From assembly GCA_002082305.1 (NCBI GenBank), contig LSNO01000003.1, forward strand, positions 147-64,146: DNA of 64,000 bases, read 5' to 3'. Shown here in pieces: positions 7,947 to 17,693 of the stretch. A program made the position numbers and the translations under genes. Under the pieces are notes generated by a model that made no database searches, was not told the origin of the DNA, and was given only the letters and a program-made list of their open reading frames with translations. How positions within the stretch are numbered: the stretch's first letter is position 1; every line of letters begins with the position of its first letter. Origin of the DNA: SAR324 cluster bacterium SAR324-CTD7B. Its GTDB lineage: Bacteria; SAR324; NAC60-12.

Positions 7947-8176
7947 GAAGGTTGCACTTCTTAAAGTTTGATCAAGAGTTTTTCATAGAAGAATAAGTTT
8001 CCGGCTATTCCGGTTTGAGTGGATCCTGAGAACAGACCAGATAAAATTCGGAAACTGTTTATGTTCTGTTACCAACTTTAAGGTACCTGAATCCAAAAAT
8101 ATATATTCTATGAACGTAATTAATGTAAAAAATAGTTTGGAGAACGACTCAAGAGTTGTCAAGACTTCACTAAAAA

Positions 8177-8497
8177 ATGCGACAAATAATCCTGTTTTTC
8201 ATAATTAGCCAAATTCTGTTCAGTGGATGTTCCTCTACTGGAAATAAATTTCTGGCTTCTTATGATCTGGAATATAAGGTTGCAGATCGGGGTAAGCTTG
8301 ACGTCATAGTTAAAGGCAGGGCTTGCGCACTTCTTGCGGAGGATGCCGTCTTGTATGCAAGGCAAACAGCTGAATTTCACCTGCGCAGCGTTGTAGGTAG
8401 TCAGAATCACAGGAAGGAATTTCAGGAAGTAGATCGCTACTATGATGGAGACAAAATCTGTGTGGAAATGAGTGCTGCTGCTTTGCCTCCTTTATGA
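8177..8497 (+). CDS. Small lipoprotein, unknown function
   Basis: Signal peptide with lipobox (MRQIILFFIISQILFSGC). Confidence 0.55.
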   Translation: MRQIILFFIISQILFSGCSSTGNKFLASYDLEYKVADRGKLDVIVKGRACALLAEDAVLYARQTAEFHLRSVVGSQNHRKEFQEVDRYYDGDKICVEMSAAALPPL

Positions 8498-8693
8498 AGC
8501 GGATTAATAATTTTGCCTTAGAACCTTGATTACTTGTGATTTAAGCTGCAAATCTATAAAGTAATAATAAGTTTCTGGACTTGGAAGTTTACGATTTATG
8601 AACTAAGATTAAACATAAAGTCTGGATTCTTCGGTTCTCAAGATTCAGGAATGTTTTCCTACTTCACTCACTTAGCCAATGTAAAGGTAGTTT

Positions 8694-11156
8694 ATGTCAG
8701 GAAAAGACCAGGAAAAAAATACTGCACAAAACCAGATTGCGCTGCCAATGTTGCCTATGCGTGATATCGTCGTGTTCCCCCACATGACCGCACCGTTTTT
8801 CATCGGCCGCTCACTCTCTATTGCCTCACTGGAAAAAGCACTTGACGGAGACCGTCAAATTTTCGTTGTTGCTCAAGAAGATCCGTTGGTTGAAGAACCT
8901 GAAGCAAAGGATCTGTTTCGAGTAGGAACAATAGGTAAGGTTTTGCAAATAATGCGTCTCCATAATGGTACCATTAAAGCACTCTTTGAAGCAAAATCGA
9001 GAGGCCGTCTAATTGAGGCACACATGGAAGAGCCCCATTTTGCTGCAGTAGTGGAACCAATCCCGGAACAAGTTTCCAAGGCACCGGAATTATTGGCCCT
9101 CAGTAAAAATGTCCGCGCCGAATTTAAACGCTACCTGAAGGACGTTAAAAAAAGAACTGAAGGAATCGAAAAATTGTCCATTGAATCAGAAGAACCGCAT
9201 ATTCTTGCAGACCGTATCGCTCCGCTTCTGAACATGGATTTGCAAAAGAAACAGGATTTGCTGGAAAACTCGGATCCAAAAAGACGGCTCGAAATAGTCT
9301 ATGGCCGGATGCTTGAAGAAAAAGAATTCAAAAAAGTTGAACGAAAACTAAAGGAGCGCGTCCAGGGGCAAATTGGCCGGACACAGAAAGAATACTACCT
9401 CAATGAACAAGTTAAGGCTATCCAGAAAGAGTTGGGTCACGGAGAAGACAGTAAAGCTGAAATGGATGAGTATGCTAAGAAAATTGAGGAAATTAAACTT
9501 TCTGATGAAGCTAGAGAAATGGCAGAAAAGGAACTTCAAAAACTCAAAATGATGCCCTCTATGTCTTCAGAAGCAAATGTCGTTCGAAATTATATTGACT
9601 GGCTGCTCAGCATGCCCTGGGCAGAAAAAACGGAAGATAACTTCGACCTGGAAAAAGCTGAAAAAGTCCTGGATGCTCAGCACTACGGTTTGGAAAAAGT
9701 AAAAGAACGTATTATAGAATATCTTGCTGTAGCTCAGCAGGTAGGCAAAATGAAAGGTCCAATTATTTGTCTGGTGGGACCTCCTGGTGTTGGAAAGACA
9801 TCCCTGGCGCGTTCTGTTGCAGAAGCTCTGGGAAGAAAATTTGCACGCGTAAGTCTGGGAGGAATACGTGATGAAGCCGAAATCAGAGGGCATCGCAGGA
9901 CTTATATTGGTGCCATGCCTGGAAAAGTTATCCAATCTTTGCGGAAAACAAAATTCAACAATCCCCTGCTTCTCTTTGATGAAATAGACAAGATGTCTCA
10001 TGGCGTGATGGGAGATCCTGCTGCAGCCTTATTGGAAGTACTTGACCCGGAACAGAACCACACTTTCATGGACCATTATCTGGAAGTAGAGTTCGATGTT
10101 TCGGATGTCTTATTTTTCTGTACAGCCAATGTCCCTCAAAACATTCCGCCTGCACTGAAAGACAGAATGGAAGTTATCCGACTTTCCGGCTACACTGAGC
10201 TGGAGAAAGAAAACATTGCCCGCAAACATCTCCTCCCAAAACAGATGGATGAAAATGGACTGACATCAAAAAGAATTCAGTTTCAGCAAAAAGCCATCCT
10301 GAAAATTATCCGGAATTACACCAGGGAAGCCGGAGTCCGAAATCTTGAACGGGAAATTGCCAAAACATGCCGCAAAGTTGCAACCCAGTTGGTAAAGAAA
10401 ACGAACCTTAACAAAGTCGTTGTTACTCCACTGCGGGTGCAAAAATATTTGGGTGTACAAAGTTACAAACATGGAAAAGCCGAAGAAAAAAATGAAATTG
10501 GCACCTCTTGCGGTTTAGCCTGGACACAGGCCGGAGGAGAACTTTTGGTAACGGAAGTTAATATTATGAAGGGTACAGGTAAATTACAGTTGACGGGGAA
10601 ACTTGGGGATGTGATGAAAGAGTCGGCACAGGCAGCACTGAGTTATGTACGCACTAATGCAAATCAGTTGGGGATATTTTCTTCCGTGTTCGAAAAAACC
10701 GACATTCACATTCATGTTCCTTCGGGAGCTGTTCCCAAAGACGGTCCTTCCGCTGGAGTAACTATTGCGACTTCTATAGTCAGTGCATTTACTTCCATTC
10801 CTGTCAGAAAGGAAGTAGCAATGACAGGAGAAACTACTTTGCGCGGCAAAGTTTTAGCGATTGGCGGATTAAAAGAAAAACTTCTTGCAGCAAAACGGGG
10901 TTTAATTTCTACTGTGATTATGCCTCACAAAAATAAAAAAGATTTGAGTGAAATCCCGGAAGAAATACAGAGTGGTTTGGAAATTATTCCTGTACAAACC
11001 GTAGAAAAAGTCTTAGAAATTGCTCTTGAACGTATGCCAATAGCAGTGATTGATCCCGAACCTGAAGTTGAAGAAAATATGAAAGTTGACAGCCCAGAGG
11101 CTGCAATTCTGCCACAGACAGACCCCCCTGAATCACCTCGAACTTATGACGCATGA
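8694..11156 (+). CDS. lon: ATP-dependent Lon protease (LonA type)
   Basis: LON N-domain (LPMLPMRDIVVFPHM), Walker A GPPGVGKTS, and a proteolytic domain with the catalytic-Ser motif PKDGPSAGV. 820 aa. Confidence 0.95.
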   Translation: MSGKDQEKNTAQNQIALPMLPMRDIVVFPHMTAPFFIGRSLSIASLEKALDGDRQIFVVAQEDPLVEEPEAKDLFRVGTIGKVLQIMRLHNGTIKALFEAKSRGRLIEAHMEEPHFAAVVEPIPEQVSKAPELLALSKNVRAEFKRYLKDVKKRTEGIEKLSIESEEPHILADRIAPLLNMDLQKKQDLLENSDPKRRLEIVYGRMLEEKEFKKVERKLKERVQGQIGRTQKEYYLNEQVKAIQKELGHGEDSKAEMDEYAKKIEEIKLSDEAREMAEKELQKLKMMPSMSSEANVVRNYIDWLLSMPWAEKTEDNFDLEKAEKVLDAQHYGLEKVKERIIEYLAVAQQVGKMKGPIICLVGPPGVGKTSLARSVAEALGRKFARVSLGGIRDEAEIRGHRRTYIGAMPGKVIQSLRKTKFNNPLLLFDEIDKMSHGVMGDPAAALLEVLDPEQNHTFMDHYLEVEFDVSDVLFFCTANVPQNIPPALKDRMEVIRLSGYTELEKENIARKHLLPKQMDENGLTSKRIQFQQKAILKIIRNYTREAGVRNLEREIAKTCRKVATQLVKKTNLNKVVVTPLRVQKYLGVQSYKHGKAEEKNEIGTSCGLAWTQAGGELLVTEVNIMKGTGKLQLTGKLGDVMKESAQAALSYVRTNANQLGIFSSVFEKTDIHIHVPSGAVPKDGPSAGVTIATSIVSAFTSIPVRKEVAMTGETTLRGKVLAIGGLKEKLLAAKRGLISTVIMPHKNKKDLSEIPEEIQSGLEIIPVQTVEKVLEIALERMPIAVIDPEPEVEENMKVDSPEAAILPQTDPPESPRTYDA

Positions 11157-11292
11157 TCATAACTCGGATGTCAGAAGTAAAGAAAATTATTTTTAAAACC
11201 TCACTCCAGCCTATGAAATGCCTGAAGGTGCTAATTGCTTCTGAAGTTTTCATACAGTTAATTTTGCATAGTAACCATAAAAATAGAAAATA

Positions 11293-11739
11293 GTGATTGA
11301 TGATATGGAATTAAGCAGTTCTGACCAGGAACTGATGACAGAAATTAATGTGGCGCTTATTAGTTTCATTAAATCAAATGAAACCCATTTGCAAATGGAT
11401 CCAATGAATTCGTACCGCAGAAGAATGGTGCATAAAATCGGGACTGAATTTAAACTGACTTCTGAGTCAACTGGTGAAGGTGACAGCCGTGCTGTTCGAT
11501 TGGAAAAAACAAATGCCTCTGCTATTCCAGAAAATGTAAATAAAAAAAGAGTCTTTGATCGTGGGATAGAAATATTTTATGCAAAGCCCGGTGCTGAAAT
11601 TGTTTTACGTAATGATGGTAGTTTCGGAATTTCACTAAAAGAGCGCGAGAGCCGTGTCCTGGACAAACGTACAGTAGAGGACGGTGAATTTCGAATTCGA
11701 GAGAACAAAATAATCTGCAAGGATGACAGTAACTGGTGA
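11293..11739 (+). CDS. R3H-domain nucleic-acid-binding protein
   Basis: R3H-like block MNSYRRRMVHKIGTEFKL. GTG at 11293 or ATG at 11305. 4-nt overlap with the next gene. Confidence 0.6.
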   Translation: MIDDMELSSSDQELMTEINVALISFIKSNETHLQMDPMNSYRRRMVHKIGTEFKLTSESTGEGDSRAVRLEKTNASAIPENVNKKRVFDRGIEIFYAKPGAEIVLRNDGSFGISLKERESRVLDKRTVEDGEFRIRENKIICKDDSNW

Positions 11740-12188
11740 GTAAATCTCAAATCGAAACAGGTCTTTCATTTGCGGCAATTGAGCAGTCTTCTTTTTCATT
11801 ATCATATCTAGGAGACGCATTTTACGAATTGTGGTGTCGCCAAAAGATTTTGCAACTTCTCCAAAATAGAAAACAGGTACATCAAAGCGTTGTTCAGTTT
11901 GTCCGCTGCCAAACCCAGGCCCGTCTGGTACATTTGATTATGCCACACTTGACGGATGAAGAAAAAAACATTTTCCGTCAGGGCCGTAACAACAAAGTCG
12001 TTTCCCTTCCCAAACATGCATTTACAAGAGAATATCGTGCAGCAACTGGATTTGAGTGTCTGGTAGGGTTCTGGTATTTGGGCAAGGAAATAAAGCGTTT
12101 TGAAAAACTGATGTCACAAACTGAGGTGCAGGAGTACCTGGAGTCAGTCCTGACCTCGTGCAAAAACTCTTTTACTAACGCAGCTTAA
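11736..12188 (+). CDS. mrnC: Mini-ribonuclease III-like protein
   Basis: About 150 aa with an RNase III-like signature, LSYLGDAFYELWCR. GTG start overlaps the upstream stop (GTGA). Confidence 0.65.
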   Translation: MSKSQIETGLSFAAIEQSSFSLSYLGDAFYELWCRQKILQLLQNRKQVHQSVVQFVRCQTQARLVHLIMPHLTDEEKNIFRQGRNNKVVSLPKHAFTREYRAATGFECLVGFWYLGKEIKRFEKLMSQTEVQEYLESVLTSCKNSFTNAA

Positions 12189-12192
12189 AGAG

Positions 12193-12462
12193 ATGATTTG
12201 GACATTTATTATATTTATTGTCGCAGTATCTGTAGCTACTATCGCTTTTCCTCTTTTTTGGAACAAACTGCAGTTCTATCAACTTCCGGAAAATTCTACA
12301 CAGGACTACAGTCAAGCGGATTCCTGGCTCTCTGCATTAAGTGATTTAGAAGTTGATTTTTCACTTGGGCGGATGTCAAAAAAGGAATATCAGCAACAAA
12401 AATATTTTCTGCAGCGTGGTTATTTGAAGGAAGAAGAAAAGTCCGGGGCATTAGAAGAATGA
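12193..12462 (+). CDS. Small membrane-anchored protein, unknown function
   Basis: N-terminal TM (MIWTFIIFIVAVSVATIAFPLFW) followed by a charged tail. Tightly follows mrnC. Confidence 0.5.
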   Translation: MIWTFIIFIVAVSVATIAFPLFWNKLQFYQLPENSTQDYSQADSWLSALSDLEVDFSLGRMSKKEYQQQKYFLQRGYLKEEEKSGALEE

Positions 12463-12471
12463 CCGTTAATT

Positions 12472-15400
12472 TCAGGAAGAGTTTTTTCTTGAAATCAAAA
12501 GTGATTTATAGTTGAGCTTTTTTCCAGAATCGGTTGCGACAATAGCACACGCTATATTCAGGGTCCCTTCCACAGTGGTGAAATAAGGCAGATTTCTCAT
12601 AAGAGCGACTCTCCGGATGTGTTTTGCATCCACTGAGCGTTTCCGCGGACGGGTTGTGTTGACAATCAAGGCCACCTCTTTTCGGTCAATGTAATCGAAA
12701 ATATTATCCGGATCTTCCCGGTCCAGGCTCGTTTTTTCTATATTAGTGACACCTGCTTTTTGAAGTACTTTATAAGTTCCTTCTGTAGCTAAAATTTTTC
12801 GTCCTGCTTTCTGAAATTCTAGTGCCGCAGGAACAATTCCCTGCTTATCCTGATCGGTCACTCCAATAAAAATGTGTCCTTCCTTAATTTCTGATTGATA
12901 AGCAGCAACCTGGGCTTTCATAAAGGCATCTTCCAAGTTTTCTCCCCGTCCCATTACTTCACCTGTTGATTTCATTTCAGGACCCAGTTCAGTGTCTGCT
13001 CCAGAAAAACTGATGAAAGGAAATACTGTTTCCTTAACTGAAACAGATTCCGGTGTTTCATATGAAAATCCGATATCACTCAATTTTTGTCCCAGCATGA
13101 GCCAAGTTGCATATTTTGCCAAAGGATGTCCAATAGATTTACTGACAAACGGAACCGTCCTGGAAGCACGAGGATTAACTTCAATCAGAAAAATTTCATC
13201 ATCTTTAACAGCAAATTGTATGTTCATCAATCCTTTCACACGGAGTTCTCTGGCCAGGATTTTTCCTTGTTCTTCCAATCTTCGCAACACATCCGAAGTC
13301 AGGTTTTGCGGTGGCAGAATACAAGCGCTGTCTCCAGAATGAATCCCAGCGCGTTCCACATGTTCCATGATCCCTCCCATTTCAGAGTCAGTTCCGTCAC
13401 CCAGCAGGTCCATATCAACTTCGACTGCACCTTTAAGAAACTGATCGATCAAAACCGGATGATCCGGCGACACTTGAACAGCTTCTTTAAAATATTCTGC
13501 AAGCTGTGTTTTTGTTTCAGCAACCATCATTGCCCGACCGCCAATTACATAAGAGGGACGTACAAGAATCGGATATTCAATTTTTTCAGCAATATTTTCT
13601 GCTTCCTTTAGTGAGCGCGCCATTCCATTTAGTGGCTGTTTCAATTTCAGTTTTTTCAACATTTCTGCAAACTGTTCCCTGTCTTCAGCACGGTCAATAC
13701 TTTCGAAAGGTGTTCCAAGCAGTCTCACACCAGCATTATTGAGTTGTTTTGCGAGTTTAAGCGGAGTTTGTCCACCAAGCTGTACTATAACCCCAATCGG
13801 TCGTTCCAAATCGATTACGTGCATTACATCTTCAAACGTAATTGGTTCAAAATACAGACGATCCGAAGTGTCGTAATCAGTGCTCACCGTTTCAGGGTTG
13901 CAGTTGAGCATTATTGATTCATAACCAAGTTCTCTGACTGCCCAGGAGGCATGAACACAACAATAATCAAACTCAATGCCCTGACCGATACGATTGGGTC
14001 CTGAACCCAGTATGAGAACTTTTGCTGTTTCAGTTGGAAGCGACTCATTTTCTTCGCCATAGGTGGAATAATAATAAGGTGTTTCTGAGGCAAATTCTGC
14101 AGCACAGGTATCAACCTGTTTAAACACCGGGAGTACATTCCATTCATAACGTAACTTATAAATTCGGCTTTCCGTTACTTTCAGTAATTCTGCAATGCGT
14201 TGATCTGAAAAACCATGTTGTTTCCAATTCTTCAACAATACAGGTGTTATTTCAGAAAATTTGGTTTTAACAATAATTTCCTCTTCTTCAACTAAACTCC
14301 TGATTTGCCACAAAAACCAGGGATCAATTCCGGTTTGTGTATAAAGTGCTTCATTGGTCCAACCTTGTCTCATGGCATCAGCAACATACCAAATACGTTT
14401 GCTGCTGACATGCTGGAGTTGTTCCTCCAAAACCTCTTGCGGAGTCATTTTTTCATCTGAATAATCCGGAGAATTGAGACCCGAATTTCCTGTTTCCAGT
14501 GAACGAAGGGCTTTTTGAAAAGATTCACGAAAAGTACCTCCAATGGCCATTACTTCACCTACAGACTGCATCTGGGTACCCAGAATGTCTTTCGACATGG
14601 GAAATTTTTCAAAGGCAAACCTGGGAATTTTAGTCACAACATAATCAATAGACGGTTCAAAGGAGGCAGGTGTTTTTTGTGTGATATCGTTTGGAATTTC
14701 GTCAAGTGTATAACCGACAGCCAATTTTGTAGCAATTTTTGCAATGGGAAAACCTGTAGCTTTTGAAGCAAGAGCAGAACTTCGGGAAACTCTGGGGTTC
14801 ATTTCGATCACAAGGACTTCACCATCTTCCGGATTAACCGCAAACTGTACGTTTGAACCTCCGGTATCGACGCCGATTTCCCGCATAATTTTTATCGACA
14901 TATCCCGCAGATTTTGATATTCCCGGTCAGACAGTGTTTGCGCAGGAGCAACGGTAATACTGTCACCGGTATGTACTCCCATCGGATCGAGATTTTCAAT
15001 AGAACAAATAATGACTGCGTTATCTTTATGATCGCGCATAACTTCCAGCTCAAATTCTTTCCAGCCTATTATTGACTGCTCAACTAAAACCTCTTTAGAT
15101 GGAGAAACAGTCAAACCATGGGAGACAATACGGATTAATTCATCGTCATTTCTGGCTATTCCACCTCCGGAGCCTCCTAAAGTAAAGGAGGGTCTGATGA
15201 TTAATGGAAACGGAATTGTTTGAGAAAAAGCCAATGATTCCTCAATGGAACGTGCAATGGTGCTGGATGGCATTCCAATTCCAATTTTACTCATTGCTTC
15301 CCGGAAAAGTTCTCTGTTTTCCGCTTTGTTAATTGCGTCAATGGAAGCGCCGATCAGCTCTACGCCACAGCTTTTCAGAACACCATGTTCATGAAGTTCA

Positions 15401-15699
15401 ATTGCCATATTGAGTGCGGTCTGCCCCCCCATGGTGGGCAATATTGCATCAGGCTTCTCCTGCTTTATGACTGCTTCCAGAGTCTTGAGAGTAATTGGTT
15501 CAATATAAGTTGCATCGACCAGCCCCGGATCAGTCATGATGGTTGCAGGATTACTGTTGATCAAGACAACCCGGTAGCCCTCTTCTTTGAGGGCTTTGCA
15601 GGCTTGAGTGCCGCTGTAATCAAATTCACAGGCTTGTCCAATTACGATGGGACCTGACCCAATAAGTAATACAGTCTTAATATCAGTACGCCGGGGCAT
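12472..15699 (-). CDS. carB: Carbamoyl-phosphate synthase large subunit
   Basis: 1075 aa. [42 protein letters not shown], duplicated ATP-grasp halves, and a C-terminal MGS-like domain. Confidence 0.97.
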   Translation of the reverse strand: MPRRTDIKTVLLIGSGPIVIGQACEFDYSGTQACKALKEEGYRVVLINSNPATIMTDPGLVDATYIEPITLKTLEAVIKQEKPDAILPTMGGQTALNMAIELHEHGVLKSCGVELIGASIDAINKAENRELFREAMSKIGIGMPSSTIARSIEESLAFSQTIPFPLIIRPSFTLGGSGGGIARNDDELIRIVSHGLTVSPSKEVLVEQSIIGWKEFELEVMRDHKDNAVIICSIENLDPMGVHTGDSITVAPAQTLSDREYQNLRDMSIKIMREIGVDTGGSNVQFAVNPEDGEVLVIEMNPRVSRSSALASKATGFPIAKIATKLAVGYTLDEIPNDITQKTPASFEPSIDYVVTKIPRFAFEKFPMSKDILGTQMQSVGEVMAIGGTFRESFQKALRSLETGNSGLNSPDYSDEKMTPQEVLEEQLQHVSSKRIWYVADAMRQGWTNEALYTQTGIDPWFLWQIRSLVEEEEIIVKTKFSEITPVLLKNWKQHGFSDQRIAELLKVTESRIYKLRYEWNVLPVFKQVDTCAAEFASETPYYYSTYGEENESLPTETAKVLILGSGPNRIGQGIEFDYCCVHASWAVRELGYESIMLNCNPETVSTDYDTSDRLYFEPITFEDVMHVIDLERPIGVIVQLGGQTPLKLAKQLNNAGVRLLGTPFESIDRAEDREQFAEMLKKLKLKQPLNGMARSLKEAENIAEKIEYPILVRPSYVIGGRAMMVAETKTQLAEYFKEAVQVSPDHPVLIDQFLKGAVEVDMDLLGDGTDSEMGGIMEHVERAGIHSGDSACILPPQNLTSDVLRRLEEQGKILARELRVKGLMNIQFAVKDDEIFLIEVNPRASRTVPFVSKSIGHPLAKYATWLMLGQKLSDIGFSYETPESVSVKETVFPFISFSGADTELGPEMKSTGEVMGRGENLEDAFMKAQVAAYQSEIKEGHIFIGVTDQDKQGIVPAALEFQKAGRKILATEGTYKVLQKAGVTNIEKTSLDREDPDNIFDYIDRKEVALIVNTTRPRKRSVDAKHIRRVALMRNLPYFTTVEGTLNIACAIVATDSGKKLNYKSLLISRKNSS

Positions 15700-15721
15700 T
15701 ATGTTTGTTCAGATTTGTGAC

Positions 15722-16471
15722 TTATATCAAGCCTGAGAATTTGTAAGAGAGAAGCCCAAAATATTCGTGGAAAATAGTCTGGATGCGGTTAAAATTAGCC
15801 CAGTCAAAATACCGCCACCATGGAATCGAAGTTTTGGGATAGGACTGGTTTGCAGAAAATGCATAGGATTCGATCCCCAATTTTTTGAAGACAGAAACAA
15901 GACGAAATAAATGGTAATCATGAGAAACCAAAAGAACAGATTTTAACTCCAGACGATTCAAAATTTTGGAGGTCTCGACTCCATTACTGTACGTATCCGC
16001 AGAACGATTTTCAATGATGATATCATGCGAAGGAACTCCCATACCCTGGAGAATAATGGCCATACCTTTAATGTTGACAGGAGGAAAATATGGTTTAGTT
16101 ACACCACCGGTAATAATCACGAGCGGTGCCAGTCCCTCCAGGTATAATTTTCCCGCTGTGTGTGCTCTTAAGGTAGAGCCAGGTGTTGGTGCTCCCGAAC
16201 CGTGAACTCCGGCTGAAGCAACCACGATAGCATCGCTGGCTTTTTTTTCACTTTTTGGAGTCATATTTTTTAATGGATATGATATAGCTTGAAAAAACAG
16301 TGTATTGCTTCCAAGCAGTAAAAACACCCAGCTTCCTAAAAGAATACGGAATGAAAGTTTATTTTCGTTCCTCTGCCGGAACATCAAAAAAAGTGCACAG
16401 GATAATAAAACCAAAAGCAGCAGAGGGCCGAATAGAATGTCTTCAACAATTAACTTTAAAGGACGTTCCAT
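15722..16471 (-). CDS. DUF218 (YdcF/ElyC-like) membrane protein
   Basis: N-terminal TM segments followed by a DUF218-like core (IVVASAGVHGSG...VLLVSHDYHLFR). 22 nt upstream of carB on the same strand. Confidence 0.65.
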   Translation of the reverse strand: MERPLKLIVEDILFGPLLLLVLLSCALFLMFRQRNENKLSFRILLGSWVFLLLGSNTLFFQAISYPLKNMTPKSEKKASDAIVVASAGVHGSGAPTPGSTLRAHTAGKLYLEGLAPLVIITGGVTKPYFPPVNIKGMAIILQGMGVPSHDIIIENRSADTYSNGVETSKILNRLELKSVLLVSHDYHLFRLVSVFKKLGIESYAFSANQSYPKTSIPWWRYFDWANFNRIQTIFHEYFGLLSYKFSGLI

Positions 16472-16583
16472 TGATTATTTCTGAATCTAAAGGTATGGGG
16501 CTGATCAGAGTTCTTGAAGGGTAGTGTATCACTTATTCACTTGGAACCAGAAGAGTCCCCAACTTTAATGTATTAATATTTTT

Positions 16584-16985
16584 TTACTGATCAGCAGAAT
16601 TATTATTTAATGAATCTTCGGTAATTTGTTTGGAAGTTTTATTGTCCATGACCAAATTAAGCTGTTTAACTAACTCCAGTGAACCCTCATATGATCTTTG
16701 AATTTTTTGCATTCTCCTTCCACTTTGTATTTCAAATTTTATCTTTTGCAGACAGTCTCTCAACTCATTGAGTTCTTCTGAAGAATTTGGATTACTAAGT
16801 TCCGGACACTTAAGTGTCTGTTTTTCTTGAGCCAGTACTCCATCATTCTCTACAAATTCTCCTAAAAACACAATACTCACTAAACAAATCAGGCAGAAGA
16901 AAAAAAATCTTACTCCAGAACATGTTTTAATCGCAAAAGTCATAAAACGGTAACGTATAATGTTCAGCTTGAAAGTTGAAGCCAT
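16584..16985 (-). CDS. Hypothetical exported protein
   Basis: ORF with a hydrophobic N-terminal segment (FFFFCLICLVSIVFLG). The start may be the internal Met at 16943. No recognisable domain. Confidence 0.45.
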   Translation of the reverse strand: MASTFKLNIIRYRFMTFAIKTCSGVRFFFFCLICLVSIVFLGEFVENDGVLAQEKQTLKCPELSNPNSSEELNELRDCLQKIKFEIQSGRRMQKIQRSYEGSLELVKQLNLVMDNKTSKQITEDSLNNNSADQ

Positions 16986-17067
16986 TTCTCTTAGTTTTAA
17001 AGGTTATAATTTAGGATTGTTTCACGAAATATTTGAAGTATAAATGTTTTAAAAGTATTATCAAAGA

Positions 17068-17586
17068 ATGTTAAAACTATTTATTGCAGCCATTTCTGTA
17101 GGTCTGATATATTGGGTTTGGCTCAAAAAAAAACAAATATTTTCCAATCGCAATAATAAAATTGACCCCTTTATCACTACAATTGAAGCGATTGAGATAC
17201 AAACATTTTTAGATTGGAACACTTCGCAGTATTGCCTCGAATGTGATGGAATACGCTACGGCAAACAATTTAAGCAAAAAAAAGCGCCAGACTTACCACA
17301 TGAGGCCGGATGTCGCTGTGAGGCCACCAAATTATTCTATACTTCTGATGACGTTTTTCAAGGTACTTCACCTGTTTTAACTCACAAATCTGCTTTGGGT
17401 GACCTTTCAACAAAAGATGCATTGCTGCTAAAAAACATCTTGCTCAAAATTAGAACCAGCCCAGGAAAGGGCAATTTTTCAGATTTCTTAGAACAATTTG
17501 AGATAAACAATTTTTCAGAAAATATTCGCTCCGGAGCTATTTCTCTAGTCGAACATGCTTTTGAGGCAGAGCAAAACAAGGAGTAA
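17068..17586 (+). CDS. Hypothetical membrane-anchored protein with a Cys-rich motif
   Basis: N-terminal TM (MLKLFIAAISVGLIYWVWL). CLECDG...GCRCE motif. No family recognised. Confidence 0.5.
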   Translation: MLKLFIAAISVGLIYWVWLKKKQIFSNRNNKIDPFITTIEAIEIQTFLDWNTSQYCLECDGIRYGKQFKQKKAPDLPHEAGCRCEATKLFYTSDDVFQGTSPVLTHKSALGDLSTKDALLLKNILLKIRTSPGKGNFSDFLEQFEINNFSENIRSGAISLVEHAFEAEQNKE

Positions 17587-17693
17587 AATTATAAAGAAAA
17601 TGACAAGAAAAGTCTGACTCCTGAATTTAAGAACCATCCTTATCTCTAAAATCTAAATCCGCGGTAAAAAAATACGAATAGTATTCAAGCATT

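Noticed and set aside
12992-15657. Plus-strand ORFs (12992..13342, 13087..13611, 13506..13742, 14515..14766, 15385..15657) inside the carB region.
   Set aside because: They are antisense to a 1075-aa, unmistakable carB. They are ORF shadows.
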